Below, in pieces: positions 10,942 through 20,963 of a stretch of 64,000 bases of DNA (within the stretch, counting starts at the first letter, position 1; the number at the start of each line of letters is the position of its first letter). The stretch is from Curvularia clavata (lineage: Eukaryota), in assembly GCA_023920165.1 (NCBI GenBank), contig CP089279.1:868001-932000 (forward strand). The letters run 5' to 3'. The notes under the pieces are model-generated. The model did no database searches and was not told the DNA's origin. It worked only from the letters and a program-made list of their open reading frames with translations. The translations under genes were made by a program, and so were the position numbers.

Positions 10942-13893
10942 CCAAGTCCTCTGTAGGCTCTTCCGTTAAGCGCAGGAATGTCCAAGGAGATGCGGTCATT
11001 CGTACAGGTTGGGTATGAAACAAGAGTTATTTGGTGGTACCCGGCTCCGCACACAGAAGCGAAGATAAGACATGCTGTCTCCTGTTACTGTTTCGACGAC
11101 TGACCGTGTGGAGAAGTCGGGTGGCGTATGTGATGTGTCAGCAAAAACCGACATGAGTGTACTTGTACGACGACGTAGCGGCGTCGCCGATTACTATGCT
11201 GTTATAGTGCTGTCAGTTTCGGGTCCGGATAGCCCCGAGCGTAACATTGCACTAAAGCCTAAACATAAGATCGAACGAGTGAGTCAGCTTGTCAGACACA
11301 TGGACAGACATCAGCGCAGTCTTTCCAGGCAACACCGAACACTGCGTTGAGAGCTGCAATAGGCCGCAACCAGAAACAATGGCGTGGACATTTTGACAGT
11401 ATTGCGTAGACAGATGTGTCGCACAGAGCCACCATGGAGCAACTGGCTGATGACCAATGCGAATTCGGGAACCAGGGTGTCAAAGATCAACGCCCTGAAG
11501 CCTCGAGAATACTCCAGAATGGTTGATCACGTAGTACCAACACGTAGTCCTTAATCAGGAGGAGGCTATGCAGCACTGGGATAAGACCAAAAAGGGTATC
11601 GCCAACAGGATTGGGCAGGTGTTGTAAGCACTTTGGGATGTAGCATGTAACGAGAGAAAAGTCAAAGTAGCGCCGAACGGAGGAAAAGACCGACGGAGTG
11701 ATGCGGAAAGCAAAGGGCGCTTGTGCTTGCGCTTAGTAGGGATAGCCGTGCCCATGACAAAATGCAGAGCTTACAGCATTCGAGATGGAGAAGTATCAGA
11801 TCAGGATAGGTGGTGCCTGGAAAGGTGGTGGGGGACGGGCGGGCCGATGGCAGATTGTTGAATGGTACTGAATGCCATGAGAAACGTGTGCTGGATGTCG
11901 TGGTGAAACGGGCGAGAGACGTGTTGAGGGCAACACTCATCAGGCAGATGCGAGGCAATCTGAAAAGTTGGTATAGGGGAGAGCTGGATGCCGAGAATAG
12001 ACGTCGACACGGTATATGGTGCGGTACATGGTGCGGACCCTTTGGTGTGCTGTGGCTGCAGCGTGGGAATTTGGGTTTGTGATGCAGGAGTTCCGACACT
12101 CGGGGAATGGCTGCCTACTGTTGTTACTCGCCATGATGTCAACCGAGAAAATAGAAAAAAAAAGCTGAGCATGGTGTTGATGTTTCTGTGACCAAAGCTG
12201 TAGCAAGGACCGTGAGTCAACCAGGTACTAAGCAGGGGCAAGCCATGGAGGCCGAGGGAGTGCAGGGGCCGTTCGCAGGGACATGGGTGGTTTGGTCAGC
12301 GCCCGGCAGACGAGGCTGGGCAGCGATGTGCAAGAGTTGCTGGCGATTTGCACGTCGCAGGTTGCGAGTTGACGTCGAGGGAGTGTGCTGGAGAGTCGAC
12401 ATGTTTCATGCGGACGACAGTGTTTGTGAGGTGAGGTGAGGCGGTGCCGGAGAGTGCTCCGGCCCGTTGTGCGTGTGCATGCGAATGTTTGTGCATGTCT
12501 GTGGCGCCGTGGGCCTTCCGAGATGGGCAGGCATCCACTCCCTCCCACTACCTACCCTTTCTCCCCACCACGACGCCCGTATCGCTTTCGCTCCCCATCG
12601 CGGCTTTCGCGCTGCAGGCACACCGTGCTCGGCCTCTGCCCCGCTTGGCATCGCCCTCGGTCGGCCCGAATTATCGTCTTTATTCTTTTTTAATCCTTAG
12701 GGTCAGACATGCAATAGTTCATGCGAGCCTACCTGCCCTAGCGTCACGCCTATTCGGATGCTGCTGAACCAGAGCGAGCCGGCCGCAAGCTCCTTGCAGT
12801 TTGCACGCGCGCATCATGTGTGTCACCGTATCCAAGAGACCCTTTTTTGACCAGCAAAGAGGGGTACCGGCTCGGTTGACGCAACTCGTGCCGTGCGTGC
12901 CTTATCTGCTTCCACTGGGTTGCGTGGACGGCGCTGATCGATACGCTGGCCTATCTTAGCCCAGCGGGCTGCCTGTCCAGTCAGAGAGGCAGAGAGGGCA
13001 GCAATGGCAGGGCTGATCAGGCTGCAGGCTTCGAAGAAACACTTGGTCGGAGGCAAAAAGCAAGGGTGGCGTCGATCGTCCTGATCGCCTTACACAAAGC
13101 ACGCGAATTCCTGAGACACTCGGTGGTGGATACCTACCAGATGACTGTTGTACCCAGGCGTAGCCCGCGGCGCGGCTGCACAAGTAGGCTGCATTTTGAG
13201 CGAAGAGGCTGCTTGCACTCGTGCTACCGGCAGACAGGCGCTACATGCTACAGTGCCTCTTGGGGCAAATCACGACGGCAATGGGCTGCTAGTTTCCATG
13301 ACGTTAAGAGGCCGCGCATGACAAGGCCACGAACCATGCCCACCCGGATTGGCCATCAGGCACGAAACGCCAGCGGGATCCGGCAGTAGGGCCTACGCCA
13401 CGCAGGGGTGCACAATAGTTCGTCCTTCTTTTTTGCCCTGACCTAGCTATAGGGCCGTGCGACACGAAACCCATGCCCGGCCGCCGTCCAAGTCGGTAAA
13501 CGTCATGTGGCCATGCCAACTCTTTCCTACCGTCGTCGGCTTGGGTGCCGTGCGAGATGCTGGGTGCTAGCGCCGCCTCGGCACCCCCAAGGCGGCCACC
13601 ACCATGACCACTCATATGCCCCCGACCCCGTCTGCGCCCAATGATAGTTCCACGCCCGTTTTTCCTGCTTCTCAAGTAGCCCTCCGCGGTGCAGCTTCGT
13701 TTTTTTCTTTTCTCGAATCACTACCTCCTCACTACACTGCAAGTTCCCCTGGCTGCTTGTTTTGTGCTTCACCTTGCCCAGGTCCGCCCTTGCACTGTCA
13801 CCAGCGTTGGCACATATACCACTCGTTCCGCGGCTGTCACGGCCATGTACTAGGACCATCAGCCGCTCATTCCGTCGTCACTTTTCGCCCAAG

Positions 13894-15144
13894 ATGCACA
13901 ACACCGCCGCCATGGAATTTCGACAGTCGTCGCCTGTTGCTCGCCGTACCAGCCCACGCCACAGCGTCCAGAGACAGAGGAGCAACTCATTCCCCATCAT
14001 TGATGCCCTTGGATGCACAACACCAGAGGCCCAACTTATCCTGGCTGAGAGCAAAGCTGCCGTCCGGAAGCGCCAAGGCCGCCGCAATCACTCTCTGGAT
14101 CAGGATGAGGTTCGACCTTTTGACCCTAGAGACCACATACAGTTCCTTCAACAACTTGCTGCCATACCCACGCCCCAAGAGCAATCCGCTCCCTTCGAAT
14201 CTAGGTACACGCACTCGCGAATGCCTTCTGACGCTACAGACCTGAGCACCTCAACCGTTGTCCCACCACATGACAATGGCGGACCAGTGCGGAATATTTC
14301 TCCAACGCTCGGAAACTATGCGGCCACCCTAGCCGAATTTACTAAGAACCAACTCAAATCCATACCGACCTATCAGCCTGACGCCGACTCTACATCGTCT
14401 CTGTCGCCACGCTCATGTCCGGATTTGTCTTTTCCCACACAGATGCCGCGGTCGCCATGCGCGTCAGCACGACGCCCGGTAGAAAAACCACGGGTCATTG
14501 AGATTCCCCCCATTCGACCACCGGTCAAAAGTCAATTCTCTGCATGGAGCTCGACTGACGAAGACACGGATGACGAGTCGCACGACTTGCCAGAACACGC
14601 CGTTTCTGTCGAGGACACATTCTCCAACGGCAGTAGCCATACGCCATCGGTCCTAGGCTACTACGAAACCTCGGGCTCCGGCAACGGTTCGTCGTTTCTG
14701 TTTTCGTCGACACCGCTAGAGGACCAGGCTGAGCTGGATTCAGTCAAGTCTTTCAAGTTCCCCGATCAGTCAGCACTACCCAGCCCCTCGCCCGACCAAC
14801 CGGAATACGACGACTACCCATCGTCTTGCCCCCCGCACCCTCAGCTGACATCCCTGTCAGCTACCTCTGCACCGTCGTTCACCTCGTCGTCCGTCTCACT
14901 GTCATACTTTGACTGTAAGCGGCCGACAGCCATCACGCCCCATATGAAAGAACGGGTGATTGCGGCTGTAACGCCTCCTCACTTACGGAACAAGCGGCTG
15001 AGTGCCATGTCGTCTTGGGAGGGAAGTGCGCTGGGGAGTCCGCATGACGTGTACGTCGAATCACACCAACGCGTCACTGTTGACGGCATGTCTTTTGACA
15101 TGCTCAGAGACATGAATGTCTCCACACGGCTCACACCATGCTGA
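13894..15144 (+). CDS. Hypothetical Ser/Pro-rich, probably disordered fungal protein
   Basis: Long ORF whose first ATG is at 13894 (MHNTAAMEFRQSSP...RQRSNSFPIIDAL). Composition is low-complexity S/P/T-rich with no recognisable domain. Confidence 0.7.
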   Translation: MHNTAAMEFRQSSPVARRTSPRHSVQRQRSNSFPIIDALGCTTPEAQLILAESKAAVRKRQGRRNHSLDQDEVRPFDPRDHIQFLQQLAAIPTPQEQSAPFESRYTHSRMPSDATDLSTSTVVPPHDNGGPVRNISPTLGNYAATLAEFTKNQLKSIPTYQPDADSTSSLSPRSCPDLSFPTQMPRSPCASARRPVEKPRVIEIPPIRPPVKSQFSAWSSTDEDTDDESHDLPEHAVSVEDTFSNGSSHTPSVLGYYETSGSGNGSSFLFSSTPLEDQAELDSVKSFKFPDQSALPSPSPDQPEYDDYPSSCPPHPQLTSLSATSAPSFTSSSVSLSYFDCKRPTAITPHMKERVIAAVTPPHLRNKRLSAMSSWEGSALGSPHDVYVESHQRVTVDGMSFDMLRDMNVSTRLTPC

Positions 15145-16172
15145 GCCTTCTATTGGTTTTCTTTCCCGTCTTTGTGTTTTACCAGCGTGTGCGTTTGGGG
15201 GTGGGCACTTGTCGTATACACTAACCAGGATGTTATCGTCAGCTGGTCTGGCTTCAGCTAATGGCGCCTTTTTGCCTGCTTCTTACTTGTCGTTTTTTTA
15301 CACACAAAATACCCTTTTCTAATCATGGGTTTCGCGTTTCGGCTTACTGCGAAATGGCCTGTCGCCATTTTTTCTTTTGTTCTGATTGGGGATCTGGTTT
15401 TTGGCGCTTACTTTGTTCCATGGCTTGGTGTTCTGGAATTCCGCGTATATGATGAATATACACGACACACGACGCATTTCATTCAACAGCAAGGGACGGA
15501 GGAAGAGGCTACGGAATTTGTACATAGCTAGGCCGAGTACACCGCGTAAGCTCGCAGACTGCAACGTAGAGCATATTACAGAGAGGAGAATCAGCGTATA
15601 TTTTAGGCACACAATGCAACCATCTTGTGCGTCCAACTTGGCTAGCATACCGAGGATCTGGGTCGACATCGTGAAGGCATGAGGCACAGCAGGCCTCCCA
15701 CGCCAGCCAGCGAGGAGCCTGCAAGGTCCCGCTCATGCAGAACGCCAATCTGGAGGCGGGGGGCGGGACCACGGTTGGCGATCGGTAGGGAGCAAAGTCG
15801 TGGTTGATTGGCCGCTTTCCGAACCGCTACTTGGTCCTTTGGGGAACTGCAGCTGTGCCGCTAGAATACCAAACACCAACTCGACGTTACTTCTTTGTCG
15901 CATCCCACGACGCTGACGTTGCCGACGCTAGCTGACGCCCGGCTGGCTGACTTTTATCTATTTTGCTTCTTGTAGCACGCCTTTGGCATCCCGCCTGCCC
16001 GCCCTTGAAGCCACGTTGGGATTCCATTGTTCTCGAAAGTTGAAACACCCCGCCACCACTACCGTCCTACCCTACGCGTCCGCGGTCGCCTACCTACATC
16101 CTCCCCCGTCTCTCCTGAACACTGCGACAAGAAAAGAAAAGAGTAATCTTACTAGGCGCATATCCGCGCTCC

Positions 16173-18032
16173 ATGGCCGACTCGGACCCAGGCCTTTGGG
16201 CCCAAATCCTTGGGAGAGCTGCTTACGAGTTCTCGCTGATGCAGCCAATGCTACTCACCTACATCCACCTGATCGCCTCAGCCCTCTTCCCGATATACGC
16301 TGGCGCCCATGCCTCGCTTACGCGCCCCTCGACTGCCGCAAAACCTACAAAGAAAAAGAAGAATACCAGCATCAAGGATGACGACACGGAGGAGGATGAC
16401 GATGAGGAAGACGAGGATGAGCAGCGAATCATGGAGGGTTTGTCCCCCACGGATGCCCTGCTCATGCCCCTCTTTGCAGGGACAGCCCTCGCCTCATTAT
16501 ACTTTCTTCTCAAGTGGATGAAAGATCCCGCCCTCCTCAACAAAATCCTCAATGCCTACTTTGCTATCTTTGGTGTCTTCTCCGTCTCGCGGCTGGTAAC
16601 CGACCTCCTTGACATTGGACACTCCATCATATACCCACGTCGACATGTAGTTGGCCGTGCACTATACCATGTCGACGGCGAGGCAAACAAGGCGACTCCA
16701 GTAGCTGGCGATGTGCAGGGCAAACAGCCGCTTGCAACGCCTCTACCAGGCTTCCTCGCCAGGATTCCGCTGTCTGACAGGGCGAGGAATCTTTTCTGGG
16801 CCGATCGTGCTATGCCGGGCAACAAGTGGGTATTGAAACTCTACATGCATCGCGTCTTTGCTGGCAAGTTCAAGGTTGGACTCCATGGTATTGTTGGCGT
16901 CCTCACTGGCCTTGCGACCGTGGCTTACTTCAACCTTGTTGACAAGCCATGGTATTTGACAAATTTGCTGGGTTTTGGATTTTCATATGGCGCCCTGCAG
17001 CTCATGTCACCTACCACATTCGCCACGGGTAGTCTGATATTGGGTGCTCTCTTCTTCTACGACATTTACTTTGTCTTTTTTACGTAAGTCTCTATACACG
17101 TAATCTTGAGAATATTGCTAACGCCTGCCTCCAGCCCTATGATGGTGACTGTAGCAAAGTCCCTCGACGTTCCGATAAAACTCATGTTCCCACGACCTGC
17201 TGCAGCCAACGACCCCACCTCAGTCCCTTCGCATGCTATGCTTGGCCTGGGCGACGTGGTTCTACCTGGTATCATGATCGGCCTTGCTTTGCGCTTCGAC
17301 CTGTATCTCTTCTATCTCCGTCGCCAAAAGCGTGTACCTGCTGTTGTAGCAGGCGTGCAAGGCGCTATTGAGAAACCAAAGTATTTCTCCCTGGCCGGAC
17401 GATGGAGCGACCACTTCTGGACACACTCGCTTACTGGCCGACCATTGTGGAACGCTGCAAAGACAGAGACCGAAACCGAAGCCCCTTTTACCTTCCCCAA
17501 AACATACTTCAACGCCGGTCTAGTAGGTTATATCCTAGGCTTACTAGCTACCCTTGGTGTCATGATGGTTTGGAACCACGCTCAACCAGCACTACTCTAC
17601 CTCGTTCCAGGTGTGCTCGGCAGCATCTGGCTCACCGCCCTCGTCCGCGGCGAGCTCAATCTCATGTGGAACTACACCGAGGAAATCGAAGACGAAGAAG
17701 AAGAGAAGAAAGACGACACCAAGCCATCAGCAGAGCCCGGCAAAGCTTCTTCAGACTCGACTGTTCCGCTCAAAAGTGAATCTAATGACGACAAGGTATT
17801 GCAAGCAAAACGCGTCGCGGGACATAGATCAGATAAAGAAGTCTTTTCCTTTTCTATAGAGGCGCCGTGGAAGTTGAATAGTAAGGCAGATGATGACAAG
17901 GCAAAGGCGGACAAAGGACAAGATGAGGCGCAGCCTGTTGACGGTGAGAAACCAAAATGGGTCCCCTCGGTTACTACGGCGGTCCAGCAGGTGGATGCTG
18001 AGCCGGCGGGGAAGCGTGTGCGGTTAAAGTAG
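16173..18032 (+). CDS. Signal peptide peptidase (GxGD intramembrane aspartyl protease, family A22B); exons 16173-17083, 17135-18032
   Basis: Catalytic motifs FFYDIYFVF, LGLGDVVLPG and QPALLYLVP are present. The intron GTAAGT(17084)...GCTAAC...CAG(17134) joins FFT|PMMVTVAKSLDVPIKL in frame. Confidence 0.95.
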
Positions 18033-19601
18033 TGGCACTTGTGGAAAGGGGACTAGAGGATGCTTTATGGCGACCTCGACCTTGCTTTCTGGAGTTTTGT
18101 GGGGTTTTGTGGGTTTTACGGGGTGCACATCGGCGATATGGGTGTGTACATGTGCATAGCGAGTGGCGTTTTTTTATTATCTCCTTTTAATGTTTAGAGA
18201 GGATTTAGATGGGGTGTCTAGGTATGGAATGAAGAGATGAATGATTTTTAACGTTGTTCACGTGCTGTGTGGATTACATGCGTCTTTTGATGCTTGGCGC
18301 TATGCTGGGTAGTCCACGTCTACCATTGGGGTTTTGAATGTCTTCTCTGACTGTTCTCTTCACATTTGGTATATCTCTAGTTTGGATCGTGGGCTTCTAT
18401 GCTATTATCTATCTCGCTATCCGTTGGGTGGGTTTTATGAGCTTGTCGGGATTCATATGTGGAGCTAGGTTTTCGCTCTTTTTCCCCATCTTTCTTCAGT
18501 CTAAACAGGTTGGGCTTTGGGGCTATTATAGGAAGTTGCTTCTGGCCTTGCTATGATGCAAATGGTATGCTAGTCTGAGTTTTAGTATTTATTTATCCAC
18601 CTCGAATGAGTGCTCAAGGCACTTCTCCAACATCTTCCCGACATGGTGGCTCACTTCGTCCTGCCTGACTAGCTCCTGTCGTTCGTTACACTGCACAACG
18701 CCGTGCTTTAGCGTAGCCTTGTGACACAACAGTCTCTACCTCAAACGCACTTGGACCTGGTGGCTTACAGTAGTCTTTGCTTAGAGGAGTGGGGTTGGTG
18801 TAGAGCGACGCGCGTCTCGCTTCGTAGACTTGTATGTGTGACGTAGGTGTGTTACCAATGGCGGCGCTTACAACTTTGCTCCTGTGACTATGTAAGGCGA
18901 AGATGTTATCATGACGCATGTGGGGGTTAGTTTGTGGGGTGGTGCGAAATGAGCGGTAATAAAACCGGAGATGAGACTATTTTAAAATTGGCTCCAGTTC
19001 ACACTAAATTTACTGGTTTACAAAAGCTCTTTGTGCTTTCATTAACTTTATCCGTGGCTTTTTGGCATCACTTATACATTCACGTGCTGAAGCCTTAATT
19101 CCGTACTTGGAGTCACGATAATTCATCGTTGTCTAGGCAAGACACATGTATATCATTTCGGCTTCAAGTGCACCATGAAATAGCATTTTCCTACCGTCTC
19201 TCTGTGGAGTGCGATATCAGGGACGATATAATAATCTCTAATCTTTAGGATTTAAACTAGAAAGAAACAAAATTAGTTATTACTTCAGGTTATCTCAATA
19301 ATTCCCTTGCTCTTCACAAAAGGTTGAGCAATGGAGATCTAGTAGAGAACTGGCTCTTTTGCGAATTCTATAAGACAACTCTCGCAATCAGCTCTACTGC
19401 CAGAAGGTATGGTTACAAACAGAAAAGCAGTAGTCTTGCACTGCATATGACGGTTTGAACTTCCTATGTCATGTGATTGCGCAAGCAGTCCATATTCGAT
19501 TTCAAACCATTGAATGGGCTCGACGAAAATCATTGGGCTACACACAGATAAGATCTTGATTTAGTTGTATGAACAGGTTGAACTGCTCGAATATCCCAAG
19601 T

Positions 19602-20540
19602 TTAGAAATGGACATCTCGAAACACACCCACATGAGCGGTAGAGCCTCCTTCTGTCCGTACATTGCTAATACGCTGATTGATACTCCCTACAACACTCTC
19701 TGGCATTCCCACAAACGCCTTCGAGTCAGCTGAGGTGATGACATTGCTGATATCTTGACCACTCCGTTTAGATAGAACCTGCGAGAAGACCACCCCGCAA
19801 GAAACCTGGTCAGCCTCGAGAAGGCGTGACTGCTCTTGGACCTCCCGGATAGCCAGCGCTCGACCAGCACCATCATCATCCTCGTATTCGGGCTCTATCT
19901 CAAGCTCCTGCATTCTCGTATGAGCTTCCTCTTGCTGTTGTTTGATGGTGTCGAGATGCTCTTGGATCTTTGTCTCGAGTGCTTGTAACTGATTGGTCAC
20001 TTTTTCGTGGTTTGCTTCGAACATCTTTCCAGAACGTAGCTGAACCATCCTATTGTGCGATCAGTATGCATTACCTGGGGTAAGTTTGGTGGATCTTTAC
20101 AATTGTGCGCTTGTAACAGCAAAATGCACAGTCGCCTCACAGTACTGCAACTGCGTTCGGAAAGTACGAATCTTTTCTTTGTTCCAAACACCGACGGAAA
20201 TACGATCCCTAAGAGAAATCTTGGTGGTGCTAGAATGCTTCGTCCATTTTACCAAGTTCTCGTTGAACTTCTTGCAGGCACTGCCACAGCTGTTGACCGC
20301 TTCAGCAACGCCAGCCTTCTTGAGATCCTCCTTGATGGCGACTGAGGTGGCCTCGTCAGAAATGCTGAGTTCCTCGAGTGCAGAAAGCGGGCGCTCTATA
20401 TTGACTAAGCTCGAGCTGACATCTGCGACTACGTCTTGGGCTTCGGCGAGGTTGTCAATGAGATTGCGGAGTTCCAAAATGCTACGCGACGCAACATCGG
20501 TGATACCGATAGCACCCACTGTGATGCTGAATGGATCCAT
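19602..20540 (-). CDS. HeLo-like/SesA-type N-terminal-domain effector (295 aa) with a C-terminal two-repeat HET-s-related amyloid motif; exons 20540-20101, 20049-19602
   Basis: The N-terminus MDPFSITVGAIGITDVA...L..LR...C...C..F...L.KW is typical of fungal STAND N-terminal/HeLo-like domains. A 51-nt intron GTAAAG(20100)...ATAG(20050) joins the two track ORFs in frame. The C-terminus carries pseudo-repeats QDISNVITSADSKAFVG and QRISNVRTEGGSTAHVG. Confidence 0.85.
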
Positions 20541-20963
20541 AGTTTTATCTTAATACTGTCCTGGTAAAGTCTTTACAGAAATTAAATGTGCCTGAAGCGA
20601 TTTGATGTTCGCAAAAGCAGAAGACAGGTGGTTCCTCATGTCTGTAGCCTATATTTTATTATAAGTAGTACTGCTGTATCCCTGAACCGGAGGCTTCTTA
20701 CAAGGCTGAAGCATAGTAGCAAGGCTGAGTCGTGGCTAAATGCTATTCTTACTGGCTGCATAATGGGGGCGAAGAACGGAGAAGCTTATAAGCTCCACCA
20801 ACACTCAGCCCCCTACTCACCAAGCCATGCACTGCGAGGACTTGTTTGCGCGTGATCCCAGCCCTGATTCTCTAAACCTATGAAAACAATACAACAGCAG
20901 GCACATTGTCCTTCTTCGACTGTGGCGCAAAATTGTTGTTCGATATTGTTTCAGCCTGGCCAG
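20541..20963. promoter_or_regulatory. 423-bp divergent intergenic region, probable shared promoter of the effector and the NLR
   Basis: The start codons at 20540 (-) and 20964 (+) are head to head. AT-rich TATA-like tracts lie at about 20650-20665 (tatattttattataag) and about 20785-20792 (cttataag). Confidence 0.55.

Noticed and set aside
11000..13600. Long intergenic region with many short overlapping ORFs; checked for tRNA, snoRNA and a telomerase-RNA template
   Set aside because: I found no tRNA A/B boxes with a cloverleaf, no clean C/D pair and no TAACCCTAA template by eye. It looks like an extended regulatory region.
13604..14245. 213-aa plus-strand ORF overlapping the 13894 gene in another frame
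   Set aside because: It has no recognisable features. It could act as an overlapping upstream ORF, but nothing in the sequence supports that.
18338..18556. 72-aa hydrophobic ORF near the effector gene, considered as a third component of the NLR module
   Set aside because: Its hydrophobicity is explained by T-rich sequence downstream of the SPP gene, and it has no motif or splice support.
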